From assembly GCA_964388775.1 (NCBI GenBank), contig CAYMBW010000001.1, forward strand, positions 71,317-135,316: 64,000 nt of DNA, written 5' to 3'. This DNA is from an uncultured Candidatus Saccharibacteria bacterium. GTDB lineage: Bacteria > Patescibacteriota > Minisyncoccia > Minisyncoccales > PEYH01. A model generated the notes under the pieces. That model had not been told where the DNA came from and made no database searches. It worked only from the letters and a program-made list of their open reading frames with translations. How positions within the stretch are numbered: the first letter of the stretch is position 1; each line of letters starts with the position of its first letter. A program made the position numbers and the translations under genes. Below are positions 45,512 to 55,304 of the stretch, piece after piece.

Positions 45512-48085
45512 ATGAACAGTTATGACCCAAAAGCAATAGAGGGCAAATGGCAGGCAAAATGGGAAGAGGGGAAGATGTTTGAAGCCAAGGATTCTTCAAA
45601 AAAACCCAAGTTTTTTGTTTTGGATATGTTCCCCTATCCTTCGGGTGACGGTCTTCATGTCGGTCATCCGCGGGGATATGTGGGGACTGATGTGATTGCC
45701 CACTATATGAGGATGAAAGGATATAATGTCTTGCATCCTATGGGTTGGGATGCTTTTGGTTTGCCGGCAGAGAATTACGCCATTAAAACAGGAATTCTTC
45801 CTGCTATTTCCACAAAGAAAAACATAGCAAGATTTAAAGAGCAGATGAAGTTAATCGGCCTTTCTTATGATTGGTCGCGGGAAATTAATACCACTGACCC
45901 GAATTATTATAAATGGACTCAATGGATTTTTCTTTTACTTTTTGAACGAGGCCTTGCGTACCAAGAAACATTGCCGATTAATTGGTGTCCTTCCTGTAAA
46001 ACGGGCCTTGCCAACGAAGAAGTAGTAGCCGGCAGATGTGAGCGTTGTGGCGCGGAAGTTACGAAAAAGAACATTAAACAGTGGGTTTTGAAAATTACGG
46101 ATTATGCGGAAGAATTACTTGAAGGATTAAATAAATTGGATTGGCCGGAAAAAATAAAAGAGATGCAGAGAAATTGGATAGGGAAATCTGTTGGCGCGGA
46201 TATAATATTTCAAGTTAAAAGTCCAAAGTTAAAAGCCCAAAGTCCGAATCCGGAAATCGGAAATTTTATCAAAGTATTTACAACGAGGCCGGATACGATT
46301 TTCGGAGCGACATTTATGGTCTTAGCGCCCGAACATGAATTGGTAGAAAAAATTACCACTCCGGGACAATCGGCTCGGGTGAAGGAATATCAAGAAAATA
46401 CAAAAAACAAGATGGATATTGAGCGTCAACTTGAGGACAAAGAGAAAACAGGAGTTTTTACCGGCGCTTTCGCTATCAATCCGGCCAATAGCAAAGAAAT
46501 CCCGATTTATATTGCGGATTATGTCTTGCCTTTTTATGGCTACGGCGCAATTATGGCAGTGCCGGGGCACGATGAGAGAGATTTTTCATTCGCCAAAAAA
46601 TATAATCTGCCGATTGTAAAAGTGATAGAGGACCAAGGCCCAAAGTTCGAAGTCCAAAATTTAGAAGAAAGAGGAATAGAGGAGGTTTATGAAGGGGAGG
46701 GGATTTTGATTAACTCCGACAGATTTGACGGGACGGAATCCGAAAAGGCGGGCAAAAAGATTGTAAAATGGATAGAGGGAGCTGAGCCGACCGTGAATTA
46801 TAAATTAAGGGATTGGATATTTTCAAGACAAAGATATTGGGGAGAGCCCATCCCGCTAATTTTTTGCGAGAACTGCAAAAAATTAGCGGAAAATCCAAAG
46901 TCCAAAATTCAAAAACCAAAATTTAGCAAAGGAGAATTATTAAATCCGGGATGGATTGCTTTGCCAAAAGAGAATTTGCCTTTAGTTTTGCCGGAGCTTG
47001 AAAAATATGAGCCGACCGGCACGGGCGAGTCGCCTTTGGCAAGCCGGCCTGAGTGGGTAAAAACAATTTGTCCCAGGTGCGGCGGCCGGGCTTTCCGTGA
47101 GACCAATACAATGCCCCAGTGGGCTGGCTCTTGTTGGTATTTCCTCGCGTATGTAATGCGAGAAAATCCAAAATCCAAAATCCAAAATCCAAAATTGGTT
47201 TGGGACAAAAAGAAGATTAAATATTGGTTGCCTGTTGATTTCTATATTGGCGGGGCAGAACACGCCGTCTTACATCTTTTGTACTCCCGCTTTTGGATAA
47301 AAGTTTTATCTGACGCAAAAATTATAGAATTTGACGAGCCGTTTAAAAAGTTGGTTACCCTCGGCTTGATTTTGGCGTCCAATGGTCAAAAAATGTCCAA
47401 GTCGCGGGGCAATGTAATTAATCCAGACGATATTATTGAGCAATACGGAGCTGATGCGTTCCGTCTTTATGAAATGTTTATGGGTCCCTTCAACCAGCCG
47501 ATTGCTTGGGATACTGAAAATATCATAGGGGTTAGAAGATTTTTAGAGAAAATCTGGAAGTTTTTTGAAAAATCTCAAATTCCAAATTCCAAATCTCAAA
47601 AAAATTCCAATATTCAGAATACAAACATTGAAAGAATGCTGCATCAAACAATAAAGAAAGTTACCGGAGATATTGAAACTCAAAAATTTAATACTGCCAT
47701 TGCTTCTATGATGGAGCTTATTAATAAAATTCAAAATTCGAAAGCTCAAATTCAAATCAATACCTTAGAAACTTTTTTAAAGATTTTAGCGCCGTTTGCC
47801 CCGCATATTGCGGAAGAGCTATGGAGCAGATTGGGACATGAAGAATCTCTATTCAAGGAGAAATGGCCGGAATATAATCCGAAGATGATTGTTGAAGAAG
47901 AAGTCAAATTAGTCATTCAAATTAATGGCAAGGTTCGTGGTACGATTGTTGTTTCGGCGGATTTGCCTGGAAAAGAGGCGGTCAAATTAGCCATTGAGTC
48001 CGATGTTGCCGAAAAATGGCTTGAGAACAAAAAAATCCAAAAAACGATTTTTGTCAAAGGCAAATTAATTAATTTTGTGATTTAG
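45512..48085 (+). CDS. leuS: Leucine--tRNA ligase
   Basis: 'MFPYPSGDGLHVGH', 'FTTRPDT', 'SRQRYWGEP', 'KMSKS', 'QINGK'. Confidence 0.97.
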   Translation: MNSYDPKAIEGKWQAKWEEGKMFEAKDSSKKPKFFVLDMFPYPSGDGLHVGHPRGYVGTDVIAHYMRMKGYNVLHPMGWDAFGLPAENYAIKTGILPAISTKKNIARFKEQMKLIGLSYDWSREINTTDPNYYKWTQWIFLLLFERGLAYQETLPINWCPSCKTGLANEEVVAGRCERCGAEVTKKNIKQWVLKITDYAEELLEGLNKLDWPEKIKEMQRNWIGKSVGADIIFQVKSPKLKAQSPNPEIGNFIKVFTTRPDTIFGATFMVLAPEHELVEKITTPGQSARVKEYQENTKNKMDIERQLEDKEKTGVFTGAFAINPANSKEIPIYIADYVLPFYGYGAIMAVPGHDERDFSFAKKYNLPIVKVIEDQGPKFEVQNLEERGIEEVYEGEGILINSDRFDGTESEKAGKKIVKWIEGAEPTVNYKLRDWIFSRQRYWGEPIPLIFCENCKKLAENPKSKIQKPKFSKGELLNPGWIALPKENLPLVLPELEKYEPTGTGESPLASRPEWVKTICPRCGGRAFRETNTMPQWAGSCWYFLAYVMRENPKSKIQNPKLVWDKKKIKYWLPVDFYIGGAEHAVLHLLYSRFWIKVLSDAKIIEFDEPFKKLVTLGLILASNGQKMSKSRGNVINPDDIIEQYGADAFRLYEMFMGPFNQPIAWDTENIIGVRRFLEKIWKFFEKSQIPNSKSQKNSNIQNTNIERMLHQTIKKVTGDIETQKFNTAIASMMELINKIQNSKAQIQINTLETFLKILAPFAPHIAEELWSRLGHEESLFKEKWPEYNPKMIVEEEVKLVIQINGKVRGTIVVSADLPGKEAVKLAIESDVAEKWLENKKIQKTIFVKGKLINFVI

Positions 48086-48196
48086 TCAACGGAACATTGA
48101 GGTTAATTTTATTTTTCTAATGTTTGTCCTCTGGTGTCCAGAATCTCCGGTTTTGTTTTCTTGAAAGTAGATTTTTATTGTGGTACATTAAAGGAT

Positions 48197-48412
48197 ATGA
48201 ACCATATCATCGCTAATCCAAAAGTTTTTGGAGGCAAACCCATTGTTAAGGGAACCAGGATTTCTGTTGAATTTATTATGGAATTGACCGCTTCTGGTAT
48301 GACGATTGATGAAATCGTGAAAGAATACCCGATTCTTAAGAGAGGTGATATCCTGGCAGCCATTAAATACGCCACTCAGGTCTTCAAAAAGCAAGAGCTT
48401 GTTTTTGCTTAA
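48197..48412 (+). CDS. DUF433-family putative antitoxin
   Basis: 'NPKVFGGKPIVKGTRISV...EYP.L...DILAAI.YA'. Confidence 0.9.
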   Translation: MNHIIANPKVFGGKPIVKGTRISVEFIMELTASGMTIDEIVKEYPILKRGDILAAIKYATQVFKKQELVFA

Positions 48413-48420
48413 TTTTTCCT

Positions 48421-48777
48421 ATGAAATTTTTAGCTGATGCTAATATTGCTCCGAGGACAATTAAAGCTCTTAGACAAGCGGACTTTAATGTTAAGAGCAT
48501 AATCGAGGAAGGCCAAGGAGAGATATCCGACGAAAAAGTAATTAAGTTGGCCACCAAAGAGAGTCGTATCATTTTGACGCACGATAAAGATTTCGGAAAT
48601 ATTTTAATTTACCCCGTCTTAAAACACAAAGGGGTTATTTTAATTCGGCTTAGAAATCAAAGACCCCAGAATGTTATTAGACGTCTTGTTCCTTTTTTGG
48701 AGGCAATCTCTCTAAAGAAAATAAAAAATAATCTTATAATTTTAACCGAGAAAGGAATTAGAGCATATAAAGAATAA
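48421..48777 (+). CDS. DUF5615 PIN-like (VapC45-type) putative toxin
   Basis: 'MKFLADANI', 'SDEKV', 'ILTHDKDFG'. Confidence 0.88.
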   Translation: MKFLADANIAPRTIKALRQADFNVKSIIEEGQGEISDEKVIKLATKESRIILTHDKDFGNILIYPVLKHKGVILIRLRNQRPQNVIRRLVPFLEAISLKKIKNNLIILTEKGIRAYKE

Positions 48778-48949
48778 AAAAAGTTAATATTTATGAATTT
48801 ATTGAATAAAAAGATCCAAAAAACGATTTTTGTCAAAGGCAAATTAATTAATTTTGTGATTTGATTGATTTTTATTTTGTTCCTTTATTTTTAACTTTTC
48901 ACTTTTAATTTTTAACTTGGACAAGCCCGCTTTGAGGGGGCGAAGGAAT

Positions 48950-50779
48950 ATGTGCGGTATAATTGGATACATTGGTAAAAAAGATGCCCTTCCTATAATC
49001 ATGGAAGGGCTAAAGCGACTTGAGTATAGGGGATACGACTCGGCCGGAGTCGTTATTTTAGACAAAAACAATAGTGCTCAAGTTGTGAAAGCAAAAGGCA
49101 AAATCAAAGATTTGGAGGAAAAATTAAGGGGAAAAGAGATAAAAGGAAATTTCGGAATTGGACATTCAAGATGGGCAAGTCACGGGCAACCATCAGAGAT
49201 AAATGCACATCCGCATTGGGATTGCAAAAAAGAAATTTTTGTTGTCCACAATGGAATCATTGAAAATTATTCAATATTGAAGGAAGTATTAGAAAAAGAG
49301 GGGCACAAATTTATTAGCGAAACAGACACAGAAATTTTGGCTCATTTGATTGAAAAATATTTTAAGGGAAACTTGGAAGAGGCGACGCGATTAGCCCTGA
49401 AAGAAGTTGTTGGCGCTTATGCAATTGCTGTTGTTTCTCCCAAAGACCCTAATAAAATTGTTTTTGCCCGCCAGTCGAGCCCCTTGCTTGTTGGCTTGGG
49501 CGATGAAGAAAATTTTGTTGCCTCTGACGCCCCGGCAATTTTGGGGCACACAAGACAAGTTATTTATTTAGAGGATGGAGAAATGGGGGTAATTACTCCA
49601 AATGATTTTCAGATTTTTAACTTAAATAGGGAAATAATAAACAAAGAAACTAATCATTTGGAATGGAATATTCAACAGGCAGAAAAGGGTGGCTATGAGT
49701 ATTTTATGCTTAAGGAAATTATGCAAGAGCCGGAAGCGATTAGGAATGCGATTAGAGGAAGAATAATTTTAAATGAAGGGACCGCTAAATTAGGCGGGAT
49801 AGAATCTATAGCTGATAAATTGAAAGGAATAGATAGATTAATAATCGTTGGCATGGGAAGCGCTCTCTTGGCGGGTAGAGTCGGGGAATATATGATTGAA
49901 GAATATGCCGGTATTTCAGTAGAGATTGAGGACGCTTCGGAATTTCGGTATAAGAAACAAGTGTTTCGTAAAAATGATGCAATTTTGGCAATTTCTCAAT
50001 CAGGGGAAACAGCTGACACGCTTTTTGCCGTTAAAGAAGCAAAAAGAAAAGGAATTTTATGCTTGTCTATTGTTAATGTGGTCGGCTCAAGCATTACCAG
50101 AGAGGTAGACGCCGGGATTTATAATCATGCTGGTCCGGAGATAGGAGTGGCTGCCACTAAATCCTTTGTTGCCCAATTATCTATCTTAGCGCTTTTAACT
50201 GTATTTTTAGGAAGACAAAGGGAGATGTCTTTGGTTATGGGGAAAAGAATCTTAGAAGAACTTGCCAAAATGCCGGATTTAATAATGGACGTTCTCGTGC
50301 AGAAAGATAAAATTAAAGAGCTCGCTCAAAAATATTATCAATACAAAAATTTTCTTTATCTTGGACGGAAGTATAATTCTCCGATTGCCTTTGAAGGAGC
50401 ATTAAAATTAAAAGAAATTTCTTATATCCATGCCGAAGGTCTTGTTGCAGGAGAAATGAAGCATGGTTCTATAGCAATGATAGACAAGGACTTCCCTTGC
50501 TTTGTTGTCGCCCTCAAAGACAGTGTTTATGAGAAAATGATTTCAACTATCCAAGAAATTAAAGCTAGGAACGGAAAGGTTATTGCATTGACCACGGAAG
50601 GCAATCAAGAGATTTTGAATCTAGTGGATGATTGTATTTTCATTCCAAAAATTTTAGAAATACTTACGCCTATTTTGTCAGTTATTCCTTTCCAGCTTTT
50701 CGCTTATTATGTGTCGGTTTTGCGTGGTTATGACCCGGATAAGCCGAGAAATCTGGCAAAAAGCGTTACCGTCGAATAA
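48950..50779 (+). CDS. glmS: Glutamine--fructose-6-phosphate aminotransferase
   Basis: 'MCGIIG', 'LEYRGYDSAG', 'SQSGETADT', 'PRNLAKSVTVE'. Confidence 0.97.
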   Translation: MCGIIGYIGKKDALPIIMEGLKRLEYRGYDSAGVVILDKNNSAQVVKAKGKIKDLEEKLRGKEIKGNFGIGHSRWASHGQPSEINAHPHWDCKKEIFVVHNGIIENYSILKEVLEKEGHKFISETDTEILAHLIEKYFKGNLEEATRLALKEVVGAYAIAVVSPKDPNKIVFARQSSPLLVGLGDEENFVASDAPAILGHTRQVIYLEDGEMGVITPNDFQIFNLNREIINKETNHLEWNIQQAEKGGYEYFMLKEIMQEPEAIRNAIRGRIILNEGTAKLGGIESIADKLKGIDRLIIVGMGSALLAGRVGEYMIEEYAGISVEIEDASEFRYKKQVFRKNDAILAISQSGETADTLFAVKEAKRKGILCLSIVNVVGSSITREVDAGIYNHAGPEIGVAATKSFVAQLSILALLTVFLGRQREMSLVMGKRILEELAKMPDLIMDVLVQKDKIKELAQKYYQYKNFLYLGRKYNSPIAFEGALKLKEISYIHAEGLVAGEMKHGSIAMIDKDFPCFVVALKDSVYEKMISTIQEIKARNGKVIALTTEGNQEILNLVDDCIFIPKILEILTPILSVIPFQLFAYYVSVLRGYDPDKPRNLAKSVTVE

Positions 50780-50823
50780 TTCCGGTTTATCTTCTTCTTC
50801 TTATATGATAAAATATCTTTACT

Positions 50824-52500
50824 ATGGATATTGCAAAATTACTCTATAAACCAGCTGGCGAGAGAGCGATTCTCTTGGGGAATTTTGCGGTGATAAGGGG
50901 AGCTCTGGAATCAGGGGTTCAGTTTGTCTCAACATATCCGGGCACGCCGGCCTCGGAAATCGGCGATGGATTTTCCTTGCTCGAAAAAGCAGGCAAGAGT
51001 AGTTTTTATTTTGAATATTCCACCAATGAAAAAGTTGCCTTAGAAGCCGGCATCGGAGCCAGTTTTTCTAATTTAAGAACCTTGGTGGCAATGAAAAGCT
51101 TTGGCTTGAATGTGGCGAGCGATGCCTTATTGCCTTTTGTCTATACCGGCTCCAAGGGCCCTACGGTTATAGTGGTGGCAGATGACCCCTCTTGCCACAG
51201 CTCTGGGCAAGAAGAAGAGAATGCCAGAGGATTTGCCTATTTGGCGCACATACCCATTCTTGAGCCGTCAGACCCGCAGGAATGCAAGGATTTTACAAAG
51301 ATTGCTTTTGAACTCTCTGAAAAATTTAAAATTCCGGTTATTTTGCGTTTAACCACAAGAGTTGCCCACCAAAGCAGTATTGTGAAATTGGGCAAAATAG
51401 AAAAAGCAAATAGGAAGGTCGGATTTCAAAAGGATTACCAAAGATTCGTTACTATGCCCCCTAGGGTTTTGGAAATGCATCAGGAGCTTTTGGAAAAATT
51501 GCGAAAGATTAGAGAGTTTTCAAAAAATTCTCCCATAAATTGTCTGTTGAAATCTGATTTCAACAGACGAGGAGTGGGAATAATCACTTCAGGCGTAAGC
51601 TATTTATATACACAAGAAGCTCTCCAATCCCTTAACTTGAAAATTCCTGTTTTGAAATTGGGATTCTTTTATCCCTTGCCGGAGAAAAAAATAGAGAAGT
51701 TTATAAAGCCACTGAAAAAAGTTTTAATAGTGGAAGAATTGGAATCGTATCTGGAAAAAGAAATAAAGATTTTAGCAAAAGACATTAATCCAAAATTGGA
51801 GGTATTTGGCAAAAATTTACTTCCCGAAGTAAGAGAATTAAGGCCGGAGCAGGTTATGGAAGCAATCGCCAGAGTGGCCGGAAAGAAATATCGCGTGCCT
51901 AAAGTTAAACTGCCTGTCGGTATCAAAAGGTTTCCTAACCTTTGCCCCGGCTGCCCTTATTGGTCTATTTTTAACGGCGTTAAACAGGCCCTGAAAGAAG
52001 CGGGCGTAAAAAAAGAAGATGTGGTTTTCGGCGGAGGAATTGGCTGTTATATGCTGGCTTCTTTTGCTCCGCACAACCTGCAGGACTACTTGCTTTGTAT
52101 GGGCTCATCCATAGGCATAGCTCATGGCATTAAAAAGGCGAATAAAAAACAAAAATTGATTTCTTTTGTCGGCGATTCAAGTTTTTTCCACGCCGGAATT
52201 CCCGCGCTCATCAATATCGTCCACAACCAATCAAATCCCTTGATTATTTTAATGGATAATCAAATTACAGCAATGACCGGCCAACAACCCTATCCTGGCA
52301 TTGCCGAGTCAGGCAGAAAAGAAAAAGGGCAGAAAGTTAAATTAGAAGAGATTGTGAAAGCGTGCGGGGTAAAATATTTGAAAGTGATTGAGCCGGCAGA
52401 GGATTATAAGAATTTTGTAGAAACAGTGAAGGACTTTCTTAAAAAGGAAACGGTGGCCGTTATTATCGCTCGCCGTCCTTGTGTCCGAATAAAGCGATGA
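50824..52500 (+). CDS. iorA: Indolepyruvate:ferredoxin oxidoreductase alpha subunit (no C-terminal ferredoxin domain)
   Basis: 'YPGTPASEI', 'NEKVALE', 'LCPGCP', TPP motif 'GDSSFFHAG...DN..TAMTG'. Confidence 0.88.
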   Translation: MDIAKLLYKPAGERAILLGNFAVIRGALESGVQFVSTYPGTPASEIGDGFSLLEKAGKSSFYFEYSTNEKVALEAGIGASFSNLRTLVAMKSFGLNVASDALLPFVYTGSKGPTVIVVADDPSCHSSGQEEENARGFAYLAHIPILEPSDPQECKDFTKIAFELSEKFKIPVILRLTTRVAHQSSIVKLGKIEKANRKVGFQKDYQRFVTMPPRVLEMHQELLEKLRKIREFSKNSPINCLLKSDFNRRGVGIITSGVSYLYTQEALQSLNLKIPVLKLGFFYPLPEKKIEKFIKPLKKVLIVEELESYLEKEIKILAKDINPKLEVFGKNLLPEVRELRPEQVMEAIARVAGKKYRVPKVKLPVGIKRFPNLCPGCPYWSIFNGVKQALKEAGVKKEDVVFGGGIGCYMLASFAPHNLQDYLLCMGSSIGIAHGIKKANKKQKLISFVGDSSFFHAGIPALINIVHNQSNPLIILMDNQITAMTGQQPYPGIAESGRKEKGQKVKLEEIVKACGVKYLKVIEPAEDYKNFVETVKDFLKKETVAVIIARRPCVRIKR

Positions 52501-53099
52501 AAAAGAAGAATCGACAATTCAATATAGTACTTTTAGGAGTAGGCGGACAGGGCCTGATAACTTTGGGAAACATAATCACCCAGGCCGGATTTTTAGAGGG
52601 TAATGAGGTGAAAATGTCCGAGCTTCATGGTCTTTCCCAAAGAGGCGGTTCGGTCGCAGTGCAGATTCGGCTCGGAAAAGACATTTTTTCACCCCTGATT
52701 CCTCAAGGAGAGGCGGATTTAGTTCTGGCAATGGAAAGAAACGAATCTTTAAAAGGTTGTTATTTTTCTTCCAAGAAGAAAACAATATTTCTAATTAATG
52801 ATTTTGAAATCTATTCCCCGTCTTTCGGAGGCCAAAAACTTCCCGGATTAGGGGAAGTTATTTCTGAAATTAAGCCATTCGCTAAAAAAGTTTACAGCAT
52901 TAAGGCCTCGGATATTGTAAAAGAACACTTGGGATTAGGTATTTTGGCCGGAGTTTTTATGTTATCCGGAGCAACCCACAAAGAACTGATTCCCATAAGT
53001 CCGGCTAATGTTTTAAAAGCGATTAAGGAAAATGTGCCAAGAGAGTTCGGGCTGAATAAGAAGGCCTTTTTTTTGGCTAAAAATAATTTTAACTTGTAA
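52497..53099 (+). CDS. iorB: Indolepyruvate oxidoreductase beta subunit
   Basis: 'GVGGQG', 'ELHGLSQRGGSV'. Confidence 0.88.
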   Translation: MKKKNRQFNIVLLGVGGQGLITLGNIITQAGFLEGNEVKMSELHGLSQRGGSVAVQIRLGKDIFSPLIPQGEADLVLAMERNESLKGCYFSSKKKTIFLINDFEIYSPSFGGQKLPGLGEVISEIKPFAKKVYSIKASDIVKEHLGLGILAGVFMLSGATHKELIPISPANVLKAIKENVPREFGLNKKAFFLAKNNFNL

Positions 53100-53106
53100 T
53101 GTTAAG

Positions 53107-54048
53107 ATGCCTAAAAAAATTGTGGCGATGGGCGGAGGAAATGCAATGCCAAAAACTGTTTTGGCAGGATTGAGGGACTCGGAGGTAGAGCTTTTCGTAA
53201 TTTGCGCTATGCTTGATACTGGAGGATCCAGCGGTAGATTAAGGAAAGATTATAAAATTTTAGCGCCCGGAGACATAAGGAGGGCGTTTCTGGCTTTGGC
53301 TCACACATCGCCCGTAATAGAGAATCTTTTCAATTATCGTTTTGAAGCAGGAGAGCTTAAGGGGCATAATATGGCGAATCTTTTGATTGCGGCCTTAGAA
53401 CTTTCCGCCCAAAACTACGAGGACACGATAGAAGTTTTAAGTGAGATTCTTAATGTAAATCATCATGTCTTGCCGGTTACGTTAGAAAAATCAGAGGTTT
53501 GCGCAGTACTGGAGAATGGCCAAGTCGTTAAGGGAGAAAAAAATATTGATAAGCCGAAACATAAGCCGGAATTTAAGATACATAGCATCTACCTGGATCC
53601 TCCTGCCCGGGCCTACCCTAAGGCCATAGAAGCAATCAAAAACGCGGACTTGATTGTAATCGGACCCGGAGACCTTTATTCAACACTGGCCCAAATTCTT
53701 TTATGCGAAGGGGTAAAGGAGGCAATAATGGAAAGTAAAGGAAGGACTGCTTATATCGTAAATGTAATGACCAAACAAGGGGAGACAAACAATTATGGAG
53801 TCATTGATTTTACGCTGGCAATTGAAAAATTTTTAGGGGACGAATTGGATTATGTGATATATAACAACAATATTCCTTCGGCAGAGCGGGTTAGAAAATT
53901 TAAAGAGATTCATCCTGAATTATTGGAAATTACAAAAATAGACGAAAAACTTTCAGGGGATAAATTTATGGGCGCTGATTTGATAAATGATGATGGGGAG
54001 ATAGTCCATAATCCTTTTAAAATAGCGAAATTATTATTGGATATTTAA
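53107..54048 (+). CDS. YvcK/CofD-like (UPF0052) protein
   Basis: 'DTGGSSGRLR', 'PGDIRR', 'GHNMANL', 'IGPGDLY'. Confidence 0.88.
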   Translation: MPKKIVAMGGGNAMPKTVLAGLRDSEVELFVICAMLDTGGSSGRLRKDYKILAPGDIRRAFLALAHTSPVIENLFNYRFEAGELKGHNMANLLIAALELSAQNYEDTIEVLSEILNVNHHVLPVTLEKSEVCAVLENGQVVKGEKNIDKPKHKPEFKIHSIYLDPPARAYPKAIEAIKNADLIVIGPGDLYSTLAQILLCEGVKEAIMESKGRTAYIVNVMTKQGETNNYGVIDFTLAIEKFLGDELDYVIYNNNIPSAERVRKFKEIHPELLEITKIDEKLSGDKFMGADLINDDGEIVHNPFKIAKLLLDI

Positions 54049-54050
54049 AA

Positions 54051-55286
54051 ATGTTTTTATTACTTAAGAAACCAAAAGAAAGAAAATATGGCGCAGATGG
54101 CTTAAACGCTGTTATTATGGCGGCAGGCCGAGGGGAAAGGATGCAGCCCCTTTCATCTGAAAAACAAAAACATTTGTTGAAGATATTGGGTAAAAGTATT
54201 TTAGAACACAACTTAGAACAATTAGATGGGTTAGTGGGAACTGCGATTTTAGTAATTAGGCCGGATGAGAGATGTAAAGAGATTAGAAGGATAATCGGAA
54301 GAAAATATGGAGGAGTTAAAATAAAATACGCGCTGGAAGAAGAGCCATTAGGCACGGCAGATGCTGCTAAAGCCGCCTTGCCTCTTATCAAGGAAAGATT
54401 TTTGCTTCTGAACGGAGATGATTTGTACAGTCGCGATGATATTAAAAATGTCTTGGACAAGTTTCCTTGTATTTTGGTTAAAAAAGTTGAGCAGCCAAAA
54501 TTCTTCGGGATTGTGGGCGTTGCTAATAAAATAGCAGAATCATTTGTAGAAAAACCGAAAATTCCAACTTCTAATTTGGCCAATACGGGGATGTACTATT
54601 TACCGAGAGATATTTTTAGTTTTTCAATTGAAAAATCCGAAAGAGGAGAATACGAATTTACTGACTATATTAAACAGTTCATCGCCAAAGAAAAACTTAA
54701 CGTTCAGGAGGCAGAGCAATGGATTCCGATTTCATTCTGCTGGCATCTTATCGAGGCCAGTGAGGCGCTATTAAAAAAAGCAGGAGGAGCCAATCAGGGG
54801 AGGATAGATGAGAATTGCGTGGTTTCCGGAAATTTATTGATAGGCAAGGGAACGATTATAGAAAAAGGGACACGAGTGGAAGGCCCTGTCTATATCGGAA
54901 AAAGTTGTTTGATTGAGCCAAATTGCTTTATTAGAAAATTTAGCAGTATCGGAGATGGAGTTAAGGTAAGAGAAGGGGCAACTATTGATAACACTGTTAT
55001 TGGTAGTAATACGGAGATAGGCCCCAAGTGTTTAGTCGCTGATTCTGTAATTGGAGATAACTGCAATTTAGGGGCAGGGACAACCACCTTGAATTTTAAC
55101 GAAGATGGAACAACGGTAAGAACGTCGGCCAAAGGAAAAATTGTTGACACCAAAAGGGCAAAATTTGGAGCAGTCATAGGGGACAAAGTAAAGACCGGAG
55201 CCGGAGTCATTATTTCTCCGGGTAAAAAGATTTGGCCCAATAGGTCATTGCCTGACGGCCAAAGAGTTACGGAAGACATTCGATAA
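54051..55286 (+). CDS. Bifunctional sugar-1-phosphate nucleotidylyltransferase/acetyltransferase (archaeal GlmU-like)
   Basis: 'MAAGRGERM', 'SERGEYE', hexapeptide repeats, 'KFGAVIGD'. Confidence 0.85.
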   Translation: MFLLLKKPKERKYGADGLNAVIMAAGRGERMQPLSSEKQKHLLKILGKSILEHNLEQLDGLVGTAILVIRPDERCKEIRRIIGRKYGGVKIKYALEEEPLGTADAAKAALPLIKERFLLLNGDDLYSRDDIKNVLDKFPCILVKKVEQPKFFGIVGVANKIAESFVEKPKIPTSNLANTGMYYLPRDIFSFSIEKSERGEYEFTDYIKQFIAKEKLNVQEAEQWIPISFCWHLIEASEALLKKAGGANQGRIDENCVVSGNLLIGKGTIIEKGTRVEGPVYIGKSCLIEPNCFIRKFSSIGDGVKVREGATIDNTVIGSNTEIGPKCLVADSVIGDNCNLGAGTTTLNFNEDGTTVRTSAKGKIVDTKRAKFGAVIGDKVKTGAGVIISPGKKIWPNRSLPDGQRVTEDIR

Positions 55287-55304
55287 ACATTCAATAAATT
55301 GCTG

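Larger units (their letters stand above)
48035..48862 (+). mobile_element. Mini-island (TA pair) flanked by a 49-bp perfect direct repeat of the leuS 3' end
   Basis: 48035-48083 is identical to 48814-48862. Confidence 0.8.

Noticed and set aside
48865-48949. glmS ribozyme upstream of glmS
   Set aside because: The leader is short and mostly a heptamer tract plus one small hairpin; no ribozyme core recognised.
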